A stretch of DNA of 64,000 nucleotides from a virus (lineage: Duplodnaviria > Caudoviricetes). The stretch covers positions 1,194-65,193 of the IMG/VR virus record IMGVR_UViG_3300035670_000192; one strand, written 5' to 3'. This document shows positions 39,116-48,243 of the stretch, in pieces (within the stretch, counting starts at the first letter, position 1; every line of letters begins with the position of its first letter). Below the pieces are notes generated by a model that saw only the letters and a list, made by a program, of their open reading frames with translations, searched no databases and was not told the origin of the DNA. Position numbers and translations under genes: made by a program.

Positions 39116-39670
39116 ATGAGTAAGGATATAGACGAAAAAGTAGATCAATTAGAAGCAGCCAAGGAACAGTATATGAGCGAAAATACTGTTATTAGCATTG
39201 GCGGTTATGCATTCACACCAGCCAAACTTATGATCGCTGGCGGTATTGTTTCAACGGTTCTTGGCGGTCTCTATGGTGCATTTGAAGTCTATAAAGACTA
39301 TATGGACATGAAAGCACAGATTCAAGAATACGTTGCCCCAGACCTATCTGGCATTCAAGAACGTATGACTAAACTTGAACAGAAGATCGATAATGCCGTT
39401 GTATTGGTAGACGAAAGTAACGATATTATTCGCGATGTTCGTACCGACCTAAAGGGTGATATTGATTCCCTTCAAGCAGATGTCGATGCAGCAGAGCGTA
39501 GAAATCGCGAACTCGATAAGGAAGTTCGTGGATTCGTCGCAACAACAGATCGCGATATGTCAGGTCGATTAAGAACGATCGAGCGCGAAACAGACGCTAA
39601 ATTAAAGGAATTAGAGAAGAAAGTCGACGATAAAATTCAAAAAGCCTGGGAAAACCCGTTGGCTAAATAG
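39116..39670 (+). CDS. Membrane-anchored coiled-coil protein
   Basis: TM near the N-terminus, long heptads, ends ENPLAK. Confidence 0.65.
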   Translation: MSKDIDEKVDQLEAAKEQYMSENTVISIGGYAFTPAKLMIAGGIVSTVLGGLYGAFEVYKDYMDMKAQIQEYVAPDLSGIQERMTKLEQKIDNAVVLVDESNDIIRDVRTDLKGDIDSLQADVDAAERRNRELDKEVRGFVATTDRDMSGRLRTIERETDAKLKELEKKVDDKIQKAWENPLAK

Positions 39671-39679
39671 GAACGTGAG

Positions 39680-39844
39680 ATGGAAACATTATGTCTCCGC
39701 AATGCTCAGACGCGATATATTGTGAGTATTGGTAATAAGATTCTAATTGTAACGCACGATTATCATTTTGCGAAACGATTGGAGGCAGAGGTTCGCGGTC
39801 GTAAAATAACTGATGAATCTTATACTATTCTTGTTAGGAGATAA
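39680..39844 (+). CDS. 54-aa hypothetical protein (not in the ORF track)
   Basis: METLCLRNAQ…ILVRR; fills the intergenic gap. Confidence 0.45.
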   Translation: METLCLRNAQTRYIVSIGNKILIVTHDYHFAKRLEAEVRGRKITDESYTILVRR

Positions 39845-39846
39845 AA

Positions 39847-40086
39847 ATGAATCTATTTGCAAATTTAAAATCAATGCTATCGGACGGTGAAAACGGTTCG
39901 GTGTCATCAAAACGAGTCATTACAGTTATGGCAACATTTTTAGTTGCTTTGGCATTTGTATTGAATTTGTTTTGGGGATTCGTTGTTGAGAAGTTTATGT
40001 ACGACTCAATGATGATGATCGTGTTGGGTGGTCTTGGTACAACTGTCGCTGAGAAGTTTGCTCCAAAAAAACCACCTGTTGCTTAA
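39847..40086 (+). CDS. Small two-TM protein (holin-like)
   Basis: SSKRV followed by two TM helices. Confidence 0.55.
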   Translation: MNLFANLKSMLSDGENGSVSSKRVITVMATFLVALAFVLNLFWGFVVEKFMYDSMMMIVLGGLGTTVAEKFAPKKPPVA

Positions 40087-40099
40087 TTAACAGGAGAAG

Positions 40100-40321
40100 A
40101 TGATGGATACATTAATTGTATTGTTATTAGTTGCTGTTGCTGCTTGGGTTGGCTGGAAATTGTGGAAAAATCCAGACGCAAACAATGACGGCGTTGTTGA
40201 TCACAAAGACGTTGTGCATGCTGCTAAAGAAGTTGCTACGGAAGCAAAAACGGAAGCAGTTGCTGCTGCTGGTAAAGCAGTTGAAAAAGTGAAAAAGGCT
40301 CGTGCAAAGAAGGCGAAGTAA
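40100..40321 (+). CDS. Small membrane protein with an EF-hand-like loop
   Basis: N-terminal TM; DANNDGVVD; basic tail. Confidence 0.6.
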   Translation: MMDTLIVLLLVAVAAWVGWKLWKNPDANNDGVVDHKDVVHAAKEVATEAKTEAVAAAGKAVEKVKKARAKKAK

Positions 40322-40740
40322 TGAAAAAGTTATTAGCCTTTTCTTTGCTGTTCTTTTCAAGTGTGACAATTGCAAATCCATATGACTTCAAAATCTTGAA
40401 AGTCAGTGATGGTGATACAGTGGTGTTTGAAGCACCATTTATGCCAGCACCATTGAAACCTCAATTGAGTTTGAGAATTCTTGGTGTTGACACGCCAGAA
40501 AAGGGTGCACGCGCTGGTTGCCCAGCAGAGGCTGCTGCGGCAGAAAAAGCCAGCGCGTTTACCAAAAACCTTGTCGCTAATGCTCAGAAGATTCAAGTCG
40601 AATTGAAGGCGCACGACAAGTTTGGTGGGCGTGTTCTTGGTGATCTAATTGTCGATGGTCAGAGATTATCTGAACTGTTGATTCAAAACGGTCATGCTCG
40701 AGCATACTTTGGTGAAAAGAAACAATCATGGTGTAATTGA
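40321..40740 (+). CDS. Thermonuclease (SNase) family protein with signal peptide
   Basis: DGDT, RILGVDTPE, DKFGGRVL and LIQNGHA motifs. Confidence 0.9.
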   Translation: MKKLLAFSLLFFSSVTIANPYDFKILKVSDGDTVVFEAPFMPAPLKPQLSLRILGVDTPEKGARAGCPAEAAAAEKASAFTKNLVANAQKIQVELKAHDKFGGRVLGDLIVDGQRLSELLIQNGHARAYFGEKKQSWCN

Positions 40741-40907
40741 TGTTTATACTAGAACCTTTTGCAATTCCGTTCATTTACTTGTTCAAGTGGTTGGCTGAAT
40801 TGTTTTTATTATTGTCTAATTCAACATACTGGCTTTATTCAAAATTGCTTGGAGCCAGCATTTGGTTGAGTGATCAAGTTGAGAGTAATATCTGGCCAAA
40901 GGAATAA
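40740..40907 (+). CDS. 55-aa hydrophobic protein (not in the ORF track)
   Basis: TGATG coupling; MFILEPFAIPFIYLFKW…IWPKE. Confidence 0.5.
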   Translation: MFILEPFAIPFIYLFKWLAELFLLLSNSTYWLYSKLLGASIWLSDQVESNIWPKE

Positions 40908-40910
40908 ATT

Positions 40911-41474
40911 ATGCTTATACCATTGCCATATAAGATCCTTGCGGTGGTTCTTGTAGTTGGTGGCGCATTTGCTGCTGGTTACAAAAAAGGAACATCTGCT
41001 GGTGAAGTCATGATTCAACAAGCGGCTAACGAAGCAGAGCAGTTGAAGATTGAACTTGAAAAAGAACAAAACAATATCAAAGAGCGTGTTGTGACTGAAT
41101 ACGTCGACAAGATTAAAGTTGTCAAAGAACGTGAAGTCATCTATCAAAACGCTGCTGAAAACGAAGTCAAGGGCAAATACAATCTAACCAATGGTTGGGT
41201 TTATCTGCACGACGCCAGCGTTCAAGGGCAACAGCTTGATCCACAAAAGACAACTGATGATACTGATTCAGTTGTAAAAGACAATCAAGCACTTGGTACT
41301 GTATTGGCAAATTATTCTATTTGTTTACAAAATGCTCAGCAACTTGTAAGTTTGCAATCATGGATTCTTGAGACAAAGGCGTCAGTAGACAAACAAAATG
41401 CTGATCGTGGATTAGATATTAGTTTACCTGATATGCCAAAAATGCCATGGAAGAAAGAGGAGGCTGCACAATGA
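40911..41474 (+). CDS. Inner-membrane spanin (Rz-like)
   Basis: N-terminal TM, periplasmic coiled coil, NY..C…QL..LQ.W; followed by a lipoprotein. Confidence 0.75.
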   Translation: MLIPLPYKILAVVLVVGGAFAAGYKKGTSAGEVMIQQAANEAEQLKIELEKEQNNIKERVVTEYVDKIKVVKEREVIYQNAAENEVKGKYNLTNGWVYLHDASVQGQQLDPQKTTDDTDSVVKDNQALGTVLANYSICLQNAQQLVSLQSWILETKASVDKQNADRGLDISLPDMPKMPWKKEEAAQ

Positions 41475-41659
41475 GATTTCTCGTAGCACTTTCTTTTTTG
41501 TTTCTTGCTGCTTGTGGTAATCCATTAACTCGTTTGGTACCAAAGATTGAAATGCCAGCACCACCTGCAGATTTAATGAAACCGCCGCAACCATTAAAAA
41601 CAATTGTTCCACCTGTAACACCCCAATCGGAGTTAACGAGAGATGTCCCACTTAAATGA
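41471..41659 (+). CDS. Outer-membrane spanin lipoprotein (Rz1-like)
   Basis: MRFLVALSFLFLAAC lipobox; Pro-rich mature part; ATGA overlap with the Rz-like gene. Confidence 0.75.
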   Translation: MRFLVALSFLFLAACGNPLTRLVPKIEMPAPPADLMKPPQPLKTIVPPVTPQSELTRDVPLK

Positions 41660-41918
41660 AGTTGGATTAAGTTATTTTGCTCATCTCATTCGAGCGTGGA
41701 AATGGGCTTTTATGTTATTAGTGCACGGTTTATTTCCAAATATTTGGAAAACGGCAGTGAGCGATCAATTGTGTGCGCACAAAGAATTAGATAGAGCAAC
41801 TAGAAATTACATCTTAAAAAAGATGTATGACATTGACGAAAACAAAATGCCTAGTATTTGGGAACGCGCGAGCGATCGTGAACTAGTTGTAAGAAAAATA
41901 CTTTCATCGAAAGATTGA
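41643..41918 (+). CDS. Hypothetical protein (DUF6356-like)
   Basis: HL.EVG.SY..H…LVHGLFP pattern. Confidence 0.55.
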   Translation: MSHLNEVGLSYFAHLIRAWKWAFMLLVHGLFPNIWKTAVSDQLCAHKELDRATRNYILKKMYDIDENKMPSIWERASDRELVVRKILSSKD

Positions 41919-42076
41919 TGAAATCTTTCAAAACCTATATACATGATGCATGGAGCATGAAGTATAAAAAGAAGATTGATTGCTCCAACCCTAAAGGATT
42001 TTCACAAAAAGCACACTGCCGCGCTCGAACACTTCGACGCGCAGGAGTCATTACAAAGAGTACACCAGTAAAATGA
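41918..42076 (+). CDS. 52-aa basic protein with a capsid-targeting-like leader (not in the ORF track)
   Basis: MKSFKTYIHD-AWSMKYKKKIDCSNPKGFSQKAHC; coupled on both sides. Confidence 0.7.
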   Translation: MKSFKTYIHDAWSMKYKKKIDCSNPKGFSQKAHCRARTLRRAGVITKSTPVK

Positions 42077-42417
42077 TTGACTTCGAAGGCAGATTAAGTA
42101 AAATAGAGACTGAGGTCGCTGCAATGCGAGAGAAAGTCTCCTTCTTCTCAGTCATCTACGAGAAGTTTGATCGAACACTGGACAAACTAGACGAAAGAAC
42201 TATCGAAGACAAGCGCGAACTTCAAGCAATGATGGATGATCTTCGCACTGATCTGGTGCAAGAGATGAAAGCATTGCGCGAAGAAATGGCTGCGCAGCAC
42301 GCAATAGAAAAACAAAAAATAGACGATTTAAACAAATGGCGTTGGCTTGTAATGGGTGGCGCAGTTGTTGTTGGGTGGCTTATTTCTAAATTAGGTTTGC
42401 CTTTTGAAATAAAATAG
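42073..42417 (+). CDS. Coiled-coil protein with a C-terminal TM
   Basis: Heptads and KWRWLVMGGAVVVG; immediately upstream of primase. Confidence 0.65.
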   Translation: MIDFEGRLSKIETEVAAMREKVSFFSVIYEKFDRTLDKLDERTIEDKRELQAMMDDLRTDLVQEMKALREEMAAQHAIEKQKIDDLNKWRWLVMGGAVVVGWLISKLGLPFEIK

Positions 42418-42456
42418 TTTATAGTATTTAATCCGTTGGCTTATTTGTGATGTATT

Positions 42457-43536
42457 ATGAGTGTCTACATTGATCGGAAATATTTGCTTTTAATTTCATC
42501 TCGATTACAACAATTCAAACAGAAAAAAGAAGATCTATTCAACTTTCGCTGTTTGTATTGTGGAGATTCGAAGAAGAACAAACTGAAGGCTCGTGGGTAT
42601 GTTTATCGCAAATCGAACGACTACTTCTACACCTGTCATAACTGCAACAAGTCTACGACGTTTGCGAAGTTTTTACAGGAAGTCGATAGTGGAACCTATA
42701 AACAATACGCCCTGGAACGATACGCAGTTGGTGAAACAGGACACCACAACTACAAAAAACCCGACTTCCAGCAACTCAAGGGAAATGCCTATTCCCGATT
42801 CCAGTCTACTCTCGACAAGTCCAGAGGAGATTCAACGACAGTTGAAAGCCTGGAGAGAACTCCAAGAGCGTTTACACATTATTGTATAGAAAATTTACCT
42901 GCAGATCACCCTGCGCGTGACTATATACAAAAGAGACAAATTCCCAAGAAGCACTGGAAAGAAATATTCTTTACAGAGAAATTCAAGGATTTTCTCGATC
43001 TAGAATTCCCCCAACATGGTAAAGACGAGGTCCCTAACGACGAGCGTATCGTACTCTTTTACACTAACGAAAAGAGTCAGGTAACAAACGTCGCGGGGAG
43101 GGCTTTGTCTTCCAAATCGAAAATTCGATACGTTACGGTGAAGATATCAGATGAAAAGAAATTGTTCGGATTGCATCGCTTGCGCAAGCAAGAACGTGTC
43201 TATGTCGTCGAAGGGCAGTTTGATTCTTTATTTCTCGAAAATAGCATTGCCTCTGGCGATAGTAATTTGGGCGGCGTGGCAGCAGTTCTTCCAGAGTTAA
43301 ATGTAACTCTTGTTTATGATAATGAACCGCGCAATAAAGATATTGTAAAGCAAATTGAAAAGTCTATCGATAAAGGTTATAAAGTTTGTTTGTTTCCAGA
43401 AGCAGTAAACGGTAAGGATATCAATGAAATGATTTTAAATGGGTTGACTTCTGAACAAATAAAGATTATTATAGATGCCAACACTTTCAGCGGGTTAGAA
43501 GCCAAACTGAAGTTTATGAATTGGAGAAGGTGCTAA
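42457..43536 (+). CDS. gp61: DNA primase
   Basis: NFRCLYCGDS…CHNC Zn finger; VVEGQFDSLF, YDNEPRN and KDINEM TOPRIM motifs. Confidence 0.96.
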   Translation: MSVYIDRKYLLLISSRLQQFKQKKEDLFNFRCLYCGDSKKNKLKARGYVYRKSNDYFYTCHNCNKSTTFAKFLQEVDSGTYKQYALERYAVGETGHHNYKKPDFQQLKGNAYSRFQSTLDKSRGDSTTVESLERTPRAFTHYCIENLPADHPARDYIQKRQIPKKHWKEIFFTEKFKDFLDLEFPQHGKDEVPNDERIVLFYTNEKSQVTNVAGRALSSKSKIRYVTVKISDEKKLFGLHRLRKQERVYVVEGQFDSLFLENSIASGDSNLGGVAAVLPELNVTLVYDNEPRNKDIVKQIEKSIDKGYKVCLFPEAVNGKDINEMILNGLTSEQIKIIIDANTFSGLEAKLKFMNWRRC

Positions 43537-43537
43537 C

Positions 43538-43795
43538 ATGGTCACATTAGATGATCTTGGTCTAGAGATAATTAAACATCCAATCTCTAAAGTGCGAGTA
43601 CAGTTTCATAACGGCAAGTGGTATGTTGAATATCGCCGTCAAGCAAAATATTTTTTTGATCGTTGGTGGTGGTTTGATGACTCAATTTATTCCGATTATA
43701 AAGACGCTTACGTTCGCGCACAAACACTTGCGGCAGACGGTGGCGTTTCTGAAATGAGGCATAAAACTCTTGAATTTGATGTGAAGGATTTTTGA
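43538..43795 (+). CDS. Hypothetical protein
   Basis: ORF tightly packed between primase and thyX. Confidence 0.6.
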   Translation: MVTLDDLGLEIIKHPISKVRVQFHNGKWYVEYRRQAKYFFDRWWWFDDSIYSDYKDAYVRAQTLAADGGVSEMRHKTLEFDVKDF

Positions 43796-43796
43796 G

Positions 43797-44453
43797 ATGA
43801 AGGTAAAATTAGTTTCATATAGTAAACCAGTTCTTGAGGGGTTGGAGACGCCAACGGATCTTGTTGCCTATTGCGCAAGAGTCTCCAATCCCTCCAATCA
43901 AATGAATTCTGAAACAGCAGAAAAGTTAATCAAATACTTGATTAAACATCAGCACTGGTCGCCGCTTGAAATGGCAACCATGTGTTTAGAGATTGAAACA
44001 ACAAGAGATATTGCTCGTCAGATTTTGCGTCATCGTAGTTTTTCGTTTCAAGAATTCTCGCAACGTTATGCTGATCCAACTAAAGATTTAGATTTTGAAT
44101 TTCGTGACGCCAGACTTCAAGATCCCGTAAACCGTCAAAATAGCGTAAAGACGGACGACTACATGCTTATGTACGAATGGCATGAACGCCAACGTCAGAT
44201 CTTAGAATTAGTAAAATCTAACTATGCTTGGGCGATTAAAAATAATATTGCCAAGGAACAGGCTCGTGCGATTCTTCCTGAAGGTCTCACTCTTTCGCGC
44301 ATGTATATGAGCGGAACTCTAAGATCTTGGATTCACTATATACAACTCCGCAGCGGTAATGGCACGCAACTTGAGCATATGAATATTGCAAAAGAATGTG
44401 CTAAAGTCATCGCTGAGGTATTTCCGCTTTCAACACAATTCGTAGAACAATAA
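43797..44453 (+). CDS. thyX: Flavin-dependent thymidylate synthase
   Basis: HWSPLE and RHRSFSFQEFSQRY motifs. Confidence 0.97.
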   Translation: MKVKLVSYSKPVLEGLETPTDLVAYCARVSNPSNQMNSETAEKLIKYLIKHQHWSPLEMATMCLEIETTRDIARQILRHRSFSFQEFSQRYADPTKDLDFEFRDARLQDPVNRQNSVKTDDYMLMYEWHERQRQILELVKSNYAWAIKNNIAKEQARAILPEGLTLSRMYMSGTLRSWIHYIQLRSGNGTQLEHMNIAKECAKVIAEVFPLSTQFVEQ

Positions 44454-44463
44454 GGAGCAAATA

Positions 44464-46353
44464 ATGGCGACACGACTTCCGTCCATTTATCAAGATTTCA
44501 TTCACATTTCGCGCTACGCTCGTTTCAATGACGAACTAGGTCGTCGTGAGACATGGGATGAAACCGTTGACAGATACATTAATTTCTTTAAAGAAAAAAC
44601 AAATAACAATAAACAAGTTCCATGGGAAGAGTTGCGTTCAGCAATTTTAAATTTGGAAGTCATGCCATCAATGCGTTGTTTAATGACTGCTGGTCCTGCT
44701 TTGGAAAAAGATCAAGTGGCTGGATATAATTGCTCCTATGTCGCCATTGATAACACTAAAGCATTTGATGAGATCATGTATATTCTCATGTGCGGCACTG
44801 GCGTTGGCTTTTCTGTTGAGTCAAAGTATACAAACAAGTTGCCAGAAGTTCCAGAAGAACTACACGAAACAGATACAACTGTTGTCGTTGCTGATAGTAA
44901 GATTGGTTGGGCGTCTGCTTATCGTGAAATCATTTCATTACTTTATTCTGGCAAGATTCCAAAGTGGGATGTCAGCAAGGTTCGTCCAGCAGGTGAGCGT
45001 TTGAAGACATTCGGTGGTCGCGCTTCTGGTCCAGAACCACTTGTAGATTTAATTAAATTCACTCTCAATATTTTTCAAAAGGCACGTGGTAGGAAACTAT
45101 CAACGTTGGAATGTCATGACATCGTATGTAAGATTGCTGATATTGTTGTTTGCGGTGGTGTTCGCCGTTCTGCTCTCATTTCTCTTACCGACCTCAACGA
45201 TGACCACTTGCGCCATGCTAAATCGGGTGACTGGTGGACACATAACGGTCAACGTGCACTCGCAAACATTTCGGCAGTGTATGACAAAAGAGTAGACATG
45301 GATACATTCATGAACGAATGGCATGCATTATACATGTCTCGTTCAGGTGAGCGTGGTATCTTCTCGCGTCAAGCATCACAAGCCGTTGCTGAAAAGAATG
45401 GTCGTCGTGATCCAAAGCATGAGTTTGGTACAAATCCATGTTCTGAGATTATTCTTCGTCCATTTGAGTTCTGTAATCTTTCAGAAATCGTTGTTCGTGC
45501 AAATGATGATGTTGATTCATTGAAGCGTAAGGCTCGTCTTGCTACAATCATCGGTACGTTGCAATCAACACTCACAGACTTCCGTTATATTAACAAGCGT
45601 TGGAAGAACAATTGTGACGAAGAAAGATTGCTGGGCGTTTCATTGACTGGCATTTGCGATAACAAGTTGCTAAATAAGCCATCACAGAAACTCGCGGATG
45701 CGCTTGATGAAATTCGTTTACACTGTGTTGAAACAAATAAAGAACTCGCCGAAGCTCTTGGTATTCCACAGTCAGCTTCAATCACTTGCGTTAAACCTTC
45801 TGGCACTGTTTCACAATTGGTTGATTCCGCATCAGGCATTCACCCACGTTACGCTCAGTTTTATATCCGTCGCGTGAGAGCAGATATGAAGGATCCACTT
45901 GCTCAGTTTATGATTGGTAAGGGATACAAGGCTGAAGAAGATTTCTACAGCAAGTCAAACTGGGTATTCAGTTTCCCAATGAAGGCACCAAAGAACTCCG
46001 TCACTCGCAATGACATGACTGCAATTGAGCAGTTGGAACTTTGGAAGATGTATCAGGATCACTGGTGTGAACATAAGCCTTCGATCACTGTATATGTTGG
46101 TGATGATGAGTGGATGGAAGTTGGTGCATGGGTTTATAAGAACATCTCGATTCTTTCAGGTGTTTCTTTCCTCCCACGCGACAACGGTTCATATCGTCAA
46201 GCGCCTTACGAAGAAATTGATGAAGCCAAGTACACTGAACTTCTTGCTCTCCAAAACGTTGACATCAACTGGGTGGAGTTTATGGAAGAAACAGATACAA
46301 CAACTTCAGCAAAGGAACTCGCTTGCACTGCTGCGGGTGGATGTGAAATTTAA
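44464..46353 (+). CDS. nrdJ: Class II (adenosylcobalamin-dependent) ribonucleotide reductase
   Basis: PSMR, YNC, TNPCSEI, FCNLSE, CVKPSGT and WCEHKPS motifs; C-terminal CTAAGGCEI; no beta-subunit gene adjacent. Confidence 0.93.
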   Translation: MATRLPSIYQDFIHISRYARFNDELGRRETWDETVDRYINFFKEKTNNNKQVPWEELRSAILNLEVMPSMRCLMTAGPALEKDQVAGYNCSYVAIDNTKAFDEIMYILMCGTGVGFSVESKYTNKLPEVPEELHETDTTVVVADSKIGWASAYREIISLLYSGKIPKWDVSKVRPAGERLKTFGGRASGPEPLVDLIKFTLNIFQKARGRKLSTLECHDIVCKIADIVVCGGVRRSALISLTDLNDDHLRHAKSGDWWTHNGQRALANISAVYDKRVDMDTFMNEWHALYMSRSGERGIFSRQASQAVAEKNGRRDPKHEFGTNPCSEIILRPFEFCNLSEIVVRANDDVDSLKRKARLATIIGTLQSTLTDFRYINKRWKNNCDEERLLGVSLTGICDNKLLNKPSQKLADALDEIRLHCVETNKELAEALGIPQSASITCVKPSGTVSQLVDSASGIHPRYAQFYIRRVRADMKDPLAQFMIGKGYKAEEDFYSKSNWVFSFPMKAPKNSVTRNDMTAIEQLELWKMYQDHWCEHKPSITVYVGDDEWMEVGAWVYKNISILSGVSFLPRDNGSYRQAPYEEIDEAKYTELLALQNVDINWVEFMEETDTTTSAKELACTAAGGCEI

Positions 46354-46368
46354 TATTAGGAGAATAAA

Positions 46369-46686
46369 ATGGATCCAATTTTAGCAACTATTGTTTGGTT
46401 TGGTGGTAATTTTGCGCCAGTTGGTTACTTGTATTGCAATGGTGATACACTTCCAATTCAACGCAATGAAGCATTGTTTAGTTTGCTTGGAACTTATTAT
46501 GGTGGTGACGGTCGCACGAATTTCAAGTTGCCAGATCTTCGTCCTGACGTAATCGATTATCAAATCACAAAGGATAAGGATGGTAATGAGAAGGTCGTTG
46601 CTGTTGTTAAAGGTAAGCGTGAGTGGAGAGTTGATGAGCCAAAGTGTTTGATCTCATCACAGGGTTATTATCCATCACGTCCGTAA
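46369..46686 (+). CDS. Stand-alone phage tail-collar domain protein
   Basis: FAPVGYLYCNG…ALFSLLGTYYGGDGRTNFKLPDLR. Confidence 0.88.
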   Translation: MDPILATIVWFGGNFAPVGYLYCNGDTLPIQRNEALFSLLGTYYGGDGRTNFKLPDLRPDVIDYQITKDKDGNEKVVAVVKGKREWRVDEPKCLISSQGYYPSRP

Positions 46687-46719
46687 TTTTGTTGTTAGTA
46701 AATAAAAAGGAGAATATAT

Positions 46720-46944
46720 ATGAATAAGTCTATTATTGTTGGTCTTGTTGCTCTTGGTCTTACTGCTTGTGGTGGCGCTGTTGAAGATCAGCCAACCGAT
46801 GCAGTAACTGCTGAAGCGCCTGCTGCTGAAGTTTCTGAACCAGAAGCTGCTGCTGCTGAAGCACCTGCTGCTGATGCAGGCGTTGTTGGTCAAGAAGAAG
46901 CAGCAGCTGATGTTGCTGTTGTTGACACTCCAGCTGCTGAGTAA
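46720..46944 (+). CDS. Ala/Glu-rich lipoprotein
   Basis: Lipobox LTAC; low-complexity mature part. Confidence 0.75.
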   Translation: MNKSIIVGLVALGLTACGGAVEDQPTDAVTAEAPAAEVSEPEAAAAEAPAADAGVVGQEEAAADVAVVDTPAAE

Positions 46945-46995
46945 TTAATTCTTTAATCTGTTAGGTTTTGTTTTGAAAAAACTATGAGGTGACTT

Positions 46996-48231
46996 GTGAA
47001 ATTTAGTATTATCACCGCGACACACTTAAAAAATGCGTTTCTTTTTGAACTGTATCAGAGTTTAACAGAACAAACCTATACAGATTGGGAATGGGTACTG
47101 TGGCTCAACGGGGGAGCAACACGCTCCCTCGTTGATTCTGCTATCGTATCAGATCCTCGCGTTAAGATTTATGAATGTCACGAAAACAATACTTGCGTGG
47201 GATTCAATAAACATAACGCCTTTATGAAAGGTGAAGGGGATATTCTTGTCGAAGTCGATCACGACGACCTTCTCCTACCAACTTGCTTAGAAGAATTGAA
47301 GCAAGCATTTGAAAATAATTCCGATGTCGGTTTCGTTTACAGCAACGACATTAACTGGCATATGAAAGATGAATTCACGCCATACAGTCCATACTATGGT
47401 TGGGTTCATGAAAAGCATGAATGGCGCGGAAAGGAATATATTTCAATGATTTCCTTTCCACCGTCAAGTCATAGTGTTGCATTCATTTGGTACGCACCAG
47501 ATCACGTTCGTGCATGGCGTAAAGATCTTTATGTTCAGATTGGTGGTCATGATCCAAAGTTGGATATTTGCGACGATCACGAATTGATGATTCGTACTTA
47601 TCTTGCAACAAAGATGCATCACATCAGCAAGCCGCTTTATGTTTATCGCATCACTGGTAATAATACTTGGCTCGAACGCAATAAAGCAATTCAAGAACGT
47701 ACTGTTGAATTGTTTCATAAACATGCATGGGACTTGGCAGTTAAAGACGCTAAAGATCGCAATTTGATGATTATTGATCTTGGCGGTGGCATTAACGGAA
47801 AGGCAGGTTGTACTACTCTAGATCTTGAGGGTGGTGATATTACTTGCGATTTAAATGATGGAATCCCACTTCCAGATAATAGCGTTGGTGTATTGAATGC
47901 GTCACACTTGATTGAACATTTACACGATAAGCATAAGATTATGTCTGAAATTTATCGCGTTCTTGCTGATGGTGGTTGGGCATTCATTGAAGTGCCAAGC
48001 ACAGACGGACGCGGTGCATTCCAAGATCCAACGCACGTCAGTTATTGGAATGAGAATTCTTTCTGGTATTACACGCGCAAGGATAAGGCTCGCTTTATTC
48101 GTAATGATACGATTCGTTTCCAAGATTTCCGTTTGGATACAATTTGGTGGGACGATAAGATCGCTGTCACTAACGCATGGCTTGTTGCGGTTAAGGATAA
48201 CAAGCGAAGACCACATCCAGTTAAGATTTGA
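46996..48231 (+). CDS. GT2 glycosyltransferase fused to a class I SAM methyltransferase
   Basis: FSIITATH, EVDHDD, CDDHEL; DLGGG, HLIEHL, RVLADGG, DPTH. Confidence 0.85.
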   Translation: MKFSIITATHLKNAFLFELYQSLTEQTYTDWEWVLWLNGGATRSLVDSAIVSDPRVKIYECHENNTCVGFNKHNAFMKGEGDILVEVDHDDLLLPTCLEELKQAFENNSDVGFVYSNDINWHMKDEFTPYSPYYGWVHEKHEWRGKEYISMISFPPSSHSVAFIWYAPDHVRAWRKDLYVQIGGHDPKLDICDDHELMIRTYLATKMHHISKPLYVYRITGNNTWLERNKAIQERTVELFHKHAWDLAVKDAKDRNLMIIDLGGGINGKAGCTTLDLEGGDITCDLNDGIPLPDNSVGVLNASHLIEHLHDKHKIMSEIYRVLADGGWAFIEVPSTDGRGAFQDPTHVSYWNENSFWYYTRKDKARFIRNDTIRFQDFRLDTIWWDDKIAVTNAWLVAVKDNKRRPHPVKI

Positions 48232-48243
48232 TAGAGAAAAATT

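Noticed and set aside
42457-46353. Introns or inteins in primase, thyX or nrdJ
   Set aside because: ORFs are continuous, of normal length and show no splicing motifs
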